Origin: a virus
Lineage: Duplodnaviria; Caudoviricetes
DNA length: 54,077 nt
IMG/VR virus record: IMGVR_UViG_3300046095_000185
Location: 1-54,077 of that record
Direction: 5' to 3' (one strand)
In this document: one piece after another, positions 1 through 9,335 of the stretch
Position numbering within the stretch: the stretch's first letter is position 1
Layout: the number at the start of each line of letters is the position of its first letter
Position numbers and translations under genes: made by a program
Notes under the pieces: model-generated
Databases searched by the model: none
What the model saw: the letters and a program-made list of their open reading frames with translations, nothing else
Told to the model about the DNA's origin: nothing

Positions 1-546
1 CAGTCCGGTTGTCGTATCGAACAGGCTCGTATAGGCTTTCATCAGCCCATCATATTGCAGTTTCAAATCAGTGTACAATCTTTTTTGTTCTTCCAATGCC
101 CGTATATAATCATCGGTCTGGCTGTGCATATTCACCGTTAAGCTGTCGCTATAATCTTTGTACTCATTGTACAGATACGCGAAGTTCTGAACCTGCTCGG
201 CCAGGCTATCGCACTTCCTTCCGAATTCGGTTGTATCAACTTTCGACAACACCTTAACTTCAACAGCCAGCCGGTTGGCAGTGGTTGTAGTTTTGTCAAG
301 GGCTTTACGGGCAATGGCCTGTTCGGTCTTTAATGCAGCGATAACAGTATCCTTTTGCTTGCCGGCTGATTCAGAGCTATCGATCATGCGTAGCCCTATT
401 GCTTCACGAACTTTAAAGCTGTCGCGTTCGGCAATTGCTCTCGCATATTCCTGCCTGAATTTACCGGCAGTCTTATCAGGGCACATAACCATGAACATGA
501 TTATCGCGAAAAGTGCCAGGCATAATATCCAGAGTCCGTATTTCAT
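1..546 (-). CDS. 5' part of a ~210-aa spanin-like coiled-coil membrane protein that continues across the join into 53860-54075
   Basis: Absent from the ORF track. ATG at 546 overlaps the upstream stop (ATGA); MKYGLWILCLALFAIIMFMVMC...; stays in frame with the MHSQ ATG at 129 (=54075); C-terminal hydrophobic tail; lies in the lysis region. Confidence 0.75.
   Translation of the reverse strand, partial: MKYGLWILCLALFAIIMFMVMCPDKTAGKFRQEYARAIAERDSFKVREAIGLRMIDSSESAGKQKDTVIAALKTEQAIARKALDKTTTTANRLAVEVKVLSKVDTTEFGRKCDSLAEQVQNFAYLYNEYKDYSDSLTVNMHSQTDDYIRALEEQKRLYTDLKLQYDGLMKAYTSLFDTTTGL
6..131. repeat. Terminal direct repeat, left copy (126 bp; assembly overlap of a circular/permuted genome)
   Basis: 6-131 is identical to 53952-54077; bases 1-5 (cagtc) differ from the equivalent taggt. 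Confidence 0.95.
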
Positions 547-785
547 TCTCCCTCCTTTTTAGCTTTATCGCCTTCTGCTTTTGAACTACCGAAGTAATAA
601 CCTGCAACCGCAGCCAGCGGTCCACCGAACAACATACCGGCAATAATATTTAAGAGGTCTTTGTTGGCAGCAGGAACTTCTTTAATAACCAGGAAATAAA
701 ACAGCACATAGCTGCCTACTACGATTATCACCGCCAGTACATTACGTATGTCTTTGCTTGTTATCTTCCTTAGAAATTCTGTCAT
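543..785 (-). CDS. Holin-like 2-TM membrane protein
   Basis: Two hydrophobic segments, a GYYFGSS motif common in phage holin-like proteins, charged C-terminus; lysis region. Confidence 0.65.
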   Translation of the reverse strand: MTEFLRKITSKDIRNVLAVIIVVGSYVLFYFLVIKEVPAANKDLLNIIAGMLFGGPLAAVAGYYFGSSKAEGDKAKKEGE

Positions 786-972
786 GAGATTTATTTTTAC
801 TGTCTTTATAAAACTTGTATACGTTATACCCGCCAGTTGTTACACCTGCGAAGATCGCCGCTAATGCCGCGCCATCACTGAGTGTAAAGTGGGATATAAA
901 GTATAATACTATTGTTGCGATTGATCCATAAACGTTTCCATAGTGCTGTTGCTCCATTGTGTTCTGTGCCAT
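742..972 (-). CDS. Small 2-TM membrane protein (holin/antiholin-like)
   Basis: Two hydrophobic stretches and a basic C-terminus; next to the holin-like gene. Confidence 0.5.
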   Translation of the reverse strand: MAQNTMEQQHYGNVYGSIATIVLYFISHFTLSDGAALAAIFAGVTTGGYNVYKFYKDSKNKSHDRISKEDNKQRHT

Positions 973-1015
973 TTTATACCGATTTTAATCGGGTTCGGGT
1001 TAAGTAATGTATAGG

Positions 1016-4000
1016 TTATTGACAAAAAGTAATTTTCCAATATTCTGCTGAAATATCATTACTGCCACCAGTGGCACCCCCAGCCGTTGCTGTAATCTTG
1101 AATATATTTGTAGTGGTGTAATCAAAGCTCCCGCTGTACAATGACCCACCCTGATATATTTTAGCTGAAGCAGTTGGCACAGTAATTTCAGCAAACACTT
1201 TTCCCGCATTAGTTCCTGTCCTTACAATATATCCTGTCATACGCCACGTACCCCCCGCCGCCGTTATCGCTCCTGTCGTCATGAAAGAACTACCGCCCCA
1301 ATATGCTTTTATTTCTATCGTATTCGTGGCATCGTTAGTTACTATGCCCCATGCTTCAAAATTAATAGTATTGCCGTTAGCGGCCATCTGATTAGCGGCA
1401 ACCGTTTTGGTGTACATATCCGTTTCAGAAGTGCCAGAATTATTCACTGTAGCGTATTGCACGTCGATAGGATATTGATAAGATGTTATTGTATGTGTAT
1501 TACTAGCCGTATTAATCGAAATACCGCTACCTGCTGCAATTGTTTGCGATGCGCCAGTTTCTGAATTAATGGATGTAACGCCTGAACCGCCTGATGGTGC
1601 AGCAGTCATCATCACCTTCCCGTCGCTTGCCCGCCTGCAAAGAAATCCACCAACTGCAGTTCCTGTGCTATCAACTGCCCCCAGCCGAACGTTTCCGCTA
1701 TTAATATTCAACGACCAGGGAGTTGTTACCGTAGCCGATGTACCAGCGAACGGGGCCCCTTCGATGTATAAGGAAGATGGATTGGTAAAAGTTGTTGATC
1801 CTGTTCCCTGAATTTTCATTGGGAAGATTGAGAAGTTATTGAGATTATTGGTAGTAGTGCTATTGTTCATCGTGTAGGTGTTGCTGTCAAGATTGAACCC
1901 AATCCCTTTTGTAGACTGCTCCATAGGAAACGCTCTGTCCTGCAAGATATTAAACATGCCTCTCGGTCTGCCTGTTATGATCGGGTTTGTACCAATTGCC
2001 ATTAGCCCATTTACGTCTAAAAATAATTTTCCAGTTCCATTGACCAACCATTGATAAATCCCCCCCTGTGCAATATTACCAAAGGCGTCACTTGTTGTTC
2101 TGTCAAGCACACCAAAAAAACCGCTTGTTCCGCTAACATATGCAGCCCCGTCTATAGCGAGTCGAGTATTCGCGACCTGTGGAACTGCCTTAGAGAAGTT
2201 AGTTGATACCGTTACCATTGCCCCATCGTCATGCATTATTGAAGGAACCATGTTATTAGTAGTATCGAACCTCGGGATATAATTCGGCACCCGTGTTGCA
2301 TCAAATGCCATATGCAGATTGTTGCCCGTAAACGTTATAAACCCATCGTTAGCGATGAATGGAGTGCGCCGCTTCGTACTAATTGTAGTTAGTTTCCCGG
2401 ATGCTATCAGGGTAGCCGCAACTACTGCATTACCGGCTGCGTTTGGATGTATATTATCACCGCTATTGTACGCAGCATCGAGCACGTTAGATGTACTTAA
2501 ATCGTCCCACACAGCGGATATGTAATTATTTGGATATGTGGCAGCTAACCAGTTATGCACAGCCGTTAACCCAACGGTTGATCCTGCCCCTGTAGTATCT
2601 TCAGGCATCATACATATATATACTCGCGTCTGACCTGCGCGTGATAGCTTGGTATATACATCCGCAAACATCACCTGGAACTGCGCCAGTGTCATCCCTG
2701 CCGCGATATCATTTCTGCCTAAATCAGCTATTACAATCCATTCTGGGTTGAGGGCGTATAGTTCATCGATTTTATTATATACACCGGACAGTTTATTGTT
2801 TTGTCCTGCGTTGAGAACTACATTCGGATAGGCCGCATTTAGGGCAGTCCAATAGCGTTCAACGAAAGTGCCAGTATAATATCCATCGCTCTTACTATCG
2901 CCAAGGATCAACCCCGTTGGTGTCTTTACTTCTGTGCTACTAAACTCATGCGATATAATATTGAAATCATCAGCAAACGTAACCATGTGAAAGTAACCGT
3001 CGTTGGGTATTAATGTACCCCCGCTAACTGCCGTATATGTCTTACTGATAGTATGCGTAGCCGAACTTGTAGTAACATTTCTAACACTCCCGGTTATAAC
3101 GCTATCGGTACGTGTAATGATAAATTCAATTATATCATTGTCGTTAATCGTTGGCCCGGTACCGCTGGCTAATGTTGTGCCCGACACGGCCGACCTCATA
3201 AAGAATCCCGTTGAAGCAGTTGACACATAAAAGTGAAAGCCTGAATTATCTCCACTATAAATACTCATTAAGCCAGGCCCGAAGCCAACCACTTGGCTCG
3301 TTGACCTACACCTTGTCCTGAATGCCCAATTGTGTAAATTGGTTGCTCTGTACTTCTTAATAGCCACCTGCGCCGCATCTGCTGCTGTAGCATTCGTTAC
3401 CGCAACTACCCCACTGGATAACGTGATTGTAGGACCGCCGGAAGGAATGAAATCGTGTAAATAAACGAATGCGGAATCATACCAAATACGCCCCATTGTG
3501 CTCGGTGCAGGGTAGGTGTAAAATGTATCTATGTTTGCATTCTTTAATAGTCCCGTGACTGCATTATCGCTGTTAATATTAACCGCACCAAAGCCGACGC
3601 CTGACCCGCTTCGCCTTAACACCTGATTGTCGGTTGCTGCTGTAATATCTGCCACATTCCCGGTGCTGTTGGCTGATCTACCTATTACAGATAGGCCGGC
3701 TGATTGTCGGAGCTTCGCATCGGTCACGACGTTAGCGGCGATGGTTGCCGCCTGTGAACCTGAACCAGGGCCTGCTGTTACATCGCCGGTTAGTTGATTA
3801 ATACCGCTGACGATCTGCGTCAGATCGTACTGCGTTGCGATCTCGGCAGTGTCCACCCTGGCCGATAGTGAATTTGCCGCTGAATCCCATTTTACGGTTG
3901 TAGTGTTTTCGACGGTTTTTATTTGACCATCAGCTGTTTTAACCCACCTATAGCCAGAGCCGACGTTAGAGAGGGTTGCGGAGCCAGAGCCCGACCCCAT

Positions 4001-4252
4001 TGTTTGCCATGCGGCCCCATCCCACCGATAAACGATCTTATCGAGGTGCATCATAATAGCACCCGCTTTTTGTGGCTTGAATCGAGCAGTATCATAGTAA
4101 GGGATATGCAAAGCGCTATCACCCCATAATCTCGGCCACCTAACCCCATACTGATTTTGATACCGGATATACTTTGTACTATCATCGCCTTGCCCAATCT
4201 GCCCGAATGATACAGCGCTTATCAATAACAATAATGATAATATCCATTTCAT
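1016..4252 (-). CDS. Tail fibre/spike-like protein with an SGNH (GDSL-type) esterase domain and an N-terminal signal peptide
   Basis: SGNH blocks ILGDS, LGRND and DNIHPN; fibre-type motifs (LTGDVT...VTDAKL, GVTSIN); G/S/T-rich; N-terminus MKWILSLLLLISAVSFGQ. Confidence 0.7.
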   Translation of the reverse strand: MKWILSLLLLISAVSFGQIGQGDDSTKYIRYQNQYGVRWPRLWGDSALHIPYYDTARFKPQKAGAIMMHLDKIVYRWDGAAWQTMGSGSGSATLSNVGSGYRWVKTADGQIKTVENTTTVKWDSAANSLSARVDTAEIATQYDLTQIVSGINQLTGDVTAGPGSGSQAATIAANVVTDAKLRQSAGLSVIGRSANSTGNVADITAATDNQVLRRSGSGVGFGAVNINSDNAVTGLLKNANIDTFYTYPAPSTMGRIWYDSAFVYLHDFIPSGGPTITLSSGVVAVTNATAADAAQVAIKKYRATNLHNWAFRTRCRSTSQVVGFGPGLMSIYSGDNSGFHFYVSTASTGFFMRSAVSGTTLASGTGPTINDNDIIEFIITRTDSVITGSVRNVTTSSATHTISKTYTAVSGGTLIPNDGYFHMVTFADDFNIISHEFSSTEVKTPTGLILGDSKSDGYYTGTFVERYWTALNAAYPNVVLNAGQNNKLSGVYNKIDELYALNPEWIVIADLGRNDIAAGMTLAQFQVMFADVYTKLSRAGQTRVYICMMPEDTTGAGSTVGLTAVHNWLAATYPNNYISAVWDDLSTSNVLDAAYNSGDNIHPNAAGNAVVAATLIASGKLTTISTKRRTPFIANDGFITFTGNNLHMAFDATRVPNYIPRFDTTNNMVPSIMHDDGAMVTVSTNFSKAVPQVANTRLAIDGAAYVSGTSGFFGVLDRTTSDAFGNIAQGGIYQWLVNGTGKLFLDVNGLMAIGTNPIITGRPRGMFNILQDRAFPMEQSTKGIGFNLDSNTYTMNNSTTTNNLNNFSIFPMKIQGTGSTTFTNPSSLYIEGAPFAGTSATVTTPWSLNINSGNVRLGAVDSTGTAVGGFLCRRASDGKVMMTAAPSGGSGVTSINSETGASQTIAAGSGISINTASNTHTITSYQYPIDVQYATVNNSGTSETDMYTKTVAANQMAANGNTINFEAWGIVTNDATNTIEIKAYWGGSSFMTTGAITAAGGTWRMTGYIVRTGTNAGKVFAEITVPTASAKIYQGGSLYSGSFDYTTTNIFKITATAGGATGGSNDISAEYWKITFCQ

Positions 4253-4253
4253 A

Positions 4254-4964
4254 TTAATAATTTCTAAAGAGAATTAAATAACGTTCACCTGGCGCTGCAA
4301 CCGCCGCTCCTAATGTTATCACGGTGTCATTCCAGATATATTCCGATCCGGTTGGAGAGTTGCTTACTTTGTACAGCGGTGAACTCTCGCGTGTTATAAA
4401 TAATACCTTCTTCCCGACAATCTCCGGAATAGATAAGGTTGTTCCTTCGCTACCGGTTGCCACATATTTTATATCATAAACAAATTTCATATCGTTATCA
4501 GTTGGGATATAATCGGTAATGTCGGTTGGTATCTGACAAATGTTTTGCTCAAACATTATGCGAATGGATAAATCAATAACACAACCGGCATGCATATCAT
4601 TTTCACTCTCCACAAACAATTGCAGGTTATTATCTGCACTAACTATCCAATCGTTATAATTTCCGTTATTCATTTGCGCCAGCAAGTCCATCGCAATACT
4701 CACCATATCACTCTCGACGTCTTGCTCATTGTCTTTACTGTCTGCGTTCACATGAACCAAATCCGCAAAGAATAACTTATACGTTAAGGTAGTAGCATGA
4801 CCGGTAAGGCTTATACTCCCGCCAAAATCCTGTAAACAAACGGCCGGATACTTCGCTGTTTTATCTGCAAATAAATCACCGAGTAGTCCCTTTCGGAATG
4901 ACCTTACCTGCTTGTGCCCCAGTGACAGTTGCTCCACGCGTTTTATTACCTGATTGAGAGTCAT
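4254..4964 (-). CDS. Tail terminator/completion-like protein with an extra C-terminal ~70-aa domain
   Basis: Follows the head-tail adaptor; KYPAVCL motif; C-terminus resembles 15722-16087. Confidence 0.55.
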   Translation of the reverse strand: MTLNQVIKRVEQLSLGHKQVRSFRKGLLGDLFADKTAKYPAVCLQDFGGSISLTGHATTLTYKLFFADLVHVNADSKDNEQDVESDMVSIAMDLLAQMNNGNYNDWIVSADNNLQLFVESENDMHAGCVIDLSIRIMFEQNICQIPTDITDYIPTDNDMKFVYDIKYVATGSEGTTLSIPEIVGKKVLFITRESSPLYKVSNSPTGSEYIWNDTVITLGAAVAAPGERYLILFRNY

Positions 4965-5023
4965 TGATTTTACTTAAATAAAGTTTGAGCTTAGTTTCGT
5001 TTTTCTTATTCGGCTTTTTCATA

Positions 5024-5623
5024 TTAATCATGATAGGGTTGTCCGTTAAATCCGCCTTTGTTGCACCAAGGGTTATCGTTTCCGTCACTATCGCCCAGGT
5101 AAACCGGCAAAGTAAAATTCCTCTGCTCTGGCGTTACGGTGTCAATGGTGCTGCCAGGGCGCGTATATTCTTGATACTTTTGTTCCCGGGAATTTTGATC
5201 GATTATAAACAGCTTCATGCGGTTGGCATAGTACTCAGCCTTGTTTTTGTATCTACCTGCCAGATCAATCAACTCGCTCATTGAAGGCATTTCGGTATTC
5301 TCGCCTTGCTTCCGTACCACTCCTTTATTCCATGTTTGAAAACTTATATCAACCTGTAGCTCTGATTTCACATACCAGATGATCGTATCTATCAGGTATT
5401 CGTCGAGCAGTAATTTATAGTCAGCATTACCGGCGTCTGTTATCGTACCAGCATCAATGAGCGCTTGTAGTTTATCAAAAAGAGCAGTACCGAGAATAGG
5501 TTTAATAAAAGCATCCTGCACGTACTTGATGTGCGGGTATATCAACTTCGCATCGACATTACCGTGAATGTCAGTCCGCTCCTTTAGTATCTCAACTGAT
5601 ATGAGTAAAATATTTTTTGACAT
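5024..5623 (-). CDS. Head-tail adaptor (neck) protein
   Basis: Helical ~200-aa protein downstream of the portal; Q..IKPILGT.LF.KL pattern seen in Bacteroidota phage neck proteins. Confidence 0.6.
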   Translation of the reverse strand: MSKNILLISVEILKERTDIHGNVDAKLIYPHIKYVQDAFIKPILGTALFDKLQALIDAGTITDAGNADYKLLLDEYLIDTIIWYVKSELQVDISFQTWNKGVVRKQGENTEMPSMSELIDLAGRYKNKAEYYANRMKLFIIDQNSREQKYQEYTRPGSTIDTVTPEQRNFTLPVYLGDSDGNDNPWCNKGGFNGQPYHD

Positions 5624-5628
5624 GGCTA

Positions 5629-6270
5629 CTAGTCTTTGTATTTCCAGAAATACCCACCAGCGCGTTTTCGTGTTGGGTGGGTTCCGGCAGCAACTGCTGC
5701 AATACTTCTGTGATCTATCCCGGTTTTTGCATGAGCTATGCGAACGCCGTCAAACTCGCCGACTATGTTGCCCTCTTTATCTATTTGAATGACGGGCTTA
5801 CATAGAACTTTTTTTGCCAATTCTTTTTGCTTAAATAAATCCAGATTGAATGCGCCGTATGTCCATTGAAAGCCATGCGTGGTGTATCTATCAACTCGGG
5901 GACGAATCCCTGTTATCTCAAAAGCTCTTTTGCCATCAGTATACTCACTGATAAGCTGCCCGAACTTATTGTACTGCTTAAGAGTAACATTATTTCTGAT
6001 ATTAAATAATTTCACGCCGCATTTCATGTACGATACAATAGCTGCATTTTCTTTTATTAACGCATCCCTTCTATCTTCTGCGGTATCTATAATCTCAAAT
6101 AAAGGCTTCAATCCAATGGCTCGTAACGTGCTTACCCATTCTAATTTATCTTCACTATCATACCGCTGCCCCTTACAATGCGCAGTATATCTAACTTTTG
6201 GGTTTGATGTTTCACCCACATAAACAACCTCCTTACTAATCGGATCTTTCAATAAATAGATGTATCTCAT
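5629..6270 (-). CDS. GIY-YIG homing endonuclease with NUMOD1-like repeats
   Basis: YIY.L.DP...YVGET...R...H, KPVIQ...GEF, AGGYFWKY; start placed at ATG 6270, just after the portal stop. Confidence 0.85.
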   Translation of the reverse strand: MRYIYLLKDPISKEVVYVGETSNPKVRYTAHCKGQRYDSEDKLEWVSTLRAIGLKPLFEIIDTAEDRRDALIKENAAIVSYMKCGVKLFNIRNNVTLKQYNKFGQLISEYTDGKRAFEITGIRPRVDRYTTHGFQWTYGAFNLDLFKQKELAKKVLCKPVIQIDKEGNIVGEFDGVRIAHAKTGIDHRSIAAVAAGTHPTRKRAGGYFWKYKD

Positions 6271-6275
6271 TTTAT

Positions 6276-8369
6276 TTATTTTTTCTTTACCACAATCGAA
6301 CTGCGCCATAAATGCCTGCACTCCGGACTGCTTCCCCACCAGCCGCCTTTGCGATCGAACACGCTGTAGCCCAACCGCAATGAAATCTTTTCGATTTCTG
6401 CCCGAGAATAAAACCGGTTGAGGCCGATCATCTTTATACAGAATGGTCGAGATGTTGGGATAAGTGGTGGGCCAATGTTCGGCTTAACCTCGTAGCTATA
6501 TTTAACCGATACCTGAACGGGTGGGTTTTTAATTATGTCAGGCGGCACGATCTCGATGCTCTCAGGAACGGCCCGCGAAATGATCGAATCCGTACCGATT
6601 GTTTCGGTTGATGTTTCCAAATACCCGCGTTTAACCAGGCTACTCAGTTTTGATTTGACGTAGCTTTCCGTTTGCTTGATCGCATCAGCTATAACTTTTG
6701 GCGTGACCTTCGGATCTTTCTTTATCATCTGCAGGATCGCATCTTCGGTCTTTGTAACATCCTTCGTTTTGAATGCCTCCTCGATGAATATCGTTTCATC
6801 TTCCTCCGCTTCCAGGTCGGAACCGAAACAAACTTTTTTTGATTTCAGTATTTCGAAGTCATCGCGGCTGTCACCGCACTCGTCGAACATGGCAATGATC
6901 GCATCTTCCTGCTCGGCGAATGATAGGGCTACTGCTTTGATCCCAAGAATGTCATTTATCTCGGTATCGGTAAATCCAAGGCTGGTACGCAGCAAAGCCT
7001 TTGCTGCCAATTCCGTAAGTATGCCTTTTGAATATTCTCGAATAATTCGCTTTAATTGCTGGTGCTGTTTAGTCGAAAGGTTTTTAGCATGGTCATTAAC
7101 CGGTATTGCAGGTTCGTCGCTATCAAGGGTTGGCGCTGCCGTTGATGGCGCCGGTATTGCTGGTGTACCTGCAATATTCGGGGTAGCCCATTTGTCTTTG
7201 GGGATGCCCAGTTTCTCAAAGATGAACTCAATTGGTATGGAGCTTATCACATCCTTTACGTCGAACTGCAGACCAATCGGATCAGTTTGTTTCAATTCAT
7301 AAGTACCTGGCCACATCGAATAAGAAAGTAAAAAGTTTACCTCTTTGTCAAAAGCATTGGCCTTCGGCTTCGCATAAGTATTAATGAAAATATCGTAGGC
7401 GGTTTTCAGTTCTGTATTCCCGCCTAACTGCCCCTCTGTTTTTATACCGAACAACATCGGGCTGGTTACCAGGTGACCGCTGAATATTTCCTGCTGACAG
7501 GTTTTATTCAGTTCGATCATGTGCTTATCCAGCTCACTGGCTGACAGGTCATCGATCTGAACAGACTTCGAGGCATTCACATCATTGAACACCAGAATGA
7601 ATTTCCCTGCGTTTTCAGACCCGGCAAACTTCTTACCGAACCGGTGCTCGATTTCTCTTTTCTTATCTTCCGTTGGTTCGCCCTTGAAAAACTGAATCAT
7701 TTTAGAAGGCATCATGCCGTTACGGATAGCTGATAGATAGTACTTACTGATCTCGATATCCGTTTCAATATAGTTGTTGCTGCCAATGTAAGAAGGCAGC
7801 GGATAAAACCGGGTCATCGGGCGGTACTCGTTATATGCGAATATTTGCGACCCGACCGGATATGATGGATTAAAAGCGGGTATGAATATTTCTTCATCAC
7901 GGTTATTGATATCCCAACATTCTTTATACCAGTAGCCGCTTTCCTTGCCTACCCTGATGGTGGTATAATCAATGTGGTATATTTCGCTCACTCGCATGGC
8001 TGCATTCCAAATGATTTCCAGCCGGAAGCCGCCGTATATTTCTACATCGAGAATTGCTTTTTTTGCAATGTCGTTCAGGGTTTCGTTCAGCCGGTTGACT
8101 ATTGCCTTTCCGTTTTCGTATCCTTCGCCGAAAATATAAAAAGCCTTGCCGGTTAAGATGGCGTTATGCTTCGCTGACTTATTGAATAGATGGGTAAGGT
8201 ATTCAGGGTACCGGTTGTCATCACCGTACTTAATGTAGTCCTTGTTCCTGCTCTCTTTAAAAATCGGAATCCGAGAGTCCGCAAACTTTAATACAATGAT
8301 ATCCGGCGAGCTATCAACCTCGGCTGAACTTTTCGGAACTGTCTTTATATCGATTACAGGATTATCCAT
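6276..8369 (-). CDS. Portal protein with a long C-terminal extension
   Basis: YGDDNRYPEYL, SAKHNAI, YPLPSY, GSENAGK, HLVTSPMLFGIK; start placed at MDNP (8369). Confidence 0.85.
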   Translation of the reverse strand: MDNPVIDIKTVPKSSAEVDSSPDIIVLKFADSRIPIFKESRNKDYIKYGDDNRYPEYLTHLFNKSAKHNAILTGKAFYIFGEGYENGKAIVNRLNETLNDIAKKAILDVEIYGGFRLEIIWNAAMRVSEIYHIDYTTIRVGKESGYWYKECWDINNRDEEIFIPAFNPSYPVGSQIFAYNEYRPMTRFYPLPSYIGSNNYIETDIEISKYYLSAIRNGMMPSKMIQFFKGEPTEDKKREIEHRFGKKFAGSENAGKFILVFNDVNASKSVQIDDLSASELDKHMIELNKTCQQEIFSGHLVTSPMLFGIKTEGQLGGNTELKTAYDIFINTYAKPKANAFDKEVNFLLSYSMWPGTYELKQTDPIGLQFDVKDVISSIPIEFIFEKLGIPKDKWATPNIAGTPAIPAPSTAAPTLDSDEPAIPVNDHAKNLSTKQHQQLKRIIREYSKGILTELAAKALLRTSLGFTDTEINDILGIKAVALSFAEQEDAIIAMFDECGDSRDDFEILKSKKVCFGSDLEAEEDETIFIEEAFKTKDVTKTEDAILQMIKKDPKVTPKVIADAIKQTESYVKSKLSSLVKRGYLETSTETIGTDSIISRAVPESIEIVPPDIIKNPPVQVSVKYSYEVKPNIGPPLIPTSRPFCIKMIGLNRFYSRAEIEKISLRLGYSVFDRKGGWWGSSPECRHLWRSSIVVKKK

Positions 8370-8748
8370 TATATACTTTGTAACTCGTTGATGAATCGTA
8401 CTGCGTATATGCAAATTCAGTTGCCCGGTCCAGTATGAGCTTGCCTTCTTCGAGCAAGTCACCAGCTGCAGCAGGATCAATATTTACCGCGCTCGCCTGT
8501 TCATATACCTTGTAATGCCATTCGCTCGTAGGTTGATCCAGGAACACGGCAGCCGCGTCGATCGTAAATTGATTGTAGCGCTGAGGGTATAGGCTTTCGT
8601 CATCAGCTTCGCTTTTCACAAACACCACCACGTTCTTTGTTTCTACGTGCGCAAAAACAAACAGGTAGTACGGTGCCGGGATCGTCACGAATTCCGTCAA
8701 CGTCAGGATCATTACCGCCGCCGAATTGTCTTGTTTGAATTGCAGCAT
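8362..8748 (-). CDS. Virion structural protein (putative head-tail connector)
   Basis: Between the major tail and portal genes; start placed at MLQF (8748), directly behind the late promoter motif. Confidence 0.5.
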   Translation of the reverse strand: MLQFKQDNSAAVMILTLTEFVTIPAPYYLFVFAHVETKNVVVFVKSEADDESLYPQRYNQFTIDAAAVFLDQPTSEWHYKVYEQASAVNIDPAAAGDLLEEGKLILDRATEFAYTQYDSSTSYKVYNG

Positions 8749-8754
8749 CGTCAA

Positions 8755-8780
8755 TAAATAGAAAAAACCGTGTTTTGTTT
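8755..8780 (-). promoter_or_regulatory. Putative late promoter AAACAA-N14-TATTTA
   Basis: Motif recurs four times with an exact 14-nt spacer; 6 nt upstream of ATG 8748. Confidence 0.7.
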
Positions 8781-8792
8781 CAAACACGGTTT
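8762..8792 (-). terminator. Intrinsic terminator after the major tail gene, overlapping the promoter
   Basis: 11-bp perfect stem AAACCGTGTTT/AAACACGGTTT ending in a T run on the minus strand. Confidence 0.7.
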
Positions 8793-8815
8793 CGTTTATG
8801 TTAAGTTCTAACCCA

Positions 8816-9331
8816 TTAAGTTTGTAAGGTGGCAATTACTGCATCGGCTACGAAGGGCGCCAGCTCCAATTCATTACCTGTGAAGTTGAGCGTATATCCA
8901 TTACGATCTCCCCAGGCTGTTCCAGTAGACGCCGTGCCCGTCTGCAGCATCAGCCCGAATTCCCGGCCCAATAATCGGTAAGTAAGGTTATTGTCTTTAA
9001 CGACCATTGCCAGCCTGTTCTTTGCCAGCAAAAGGATCTCATTACGAACTGCAACGTTTTGCTTGTTGATAATGATCGTTCCTTTCTGAGAATAGAACAG
9101 GGTACCATTTTGGCGGTTGCCTACAATGTCTTCATCGAAGGCAGCGGTTTCCAGCACCAATTGATACTTACGGAATATCTTACCAGATACTTTAGTGATG
9201 ACCGTTAGCGTACCGGAGCTTTCTGTATAGCTGGAAATGTTTTCCAACTCGATCAGGTAGACTTCTTTGGAGCCGCCTATCCCAACGTCACATGAAAAAC
9301 TGTAATCGCTCGTCAACGCACAATTTGCCAT
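8816..9331 (-). CDS. Major tail (tube) protein
   Basis: 171 aa; MANCALT...C..GIGG, NGTLFYSQ, GTAWGDRNGYTLNFTG.E pattern of Bacteroidota siphovirus tail proteins. Confidence 0.7.
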   Translation of the reverse strand: MANCALTSDYSFSCDVGIGGSKEVYLIELENISSYTESSGTLTVITKVSGKIFRKYQLVLETAAFDEDIVGNRQNGTLFYSQKGTIIINKQNVAVRNEILLLAKNRLAMVVKDNNLTYRLLGREFGLMLQTGTASTGTAWGDRNGYTLNFTGNELELAPFVADAVIATLQT

Positions 9332-9335
9332 ATAG

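Noticed and set aside
1-131. Biological terminal repeat or att site
   Set aside because: The 126-bp overlap lies inside a gene and fits a k-mer assembly overlap; the 5 mismatched first bases are probably a contig-end artefact; no integrase
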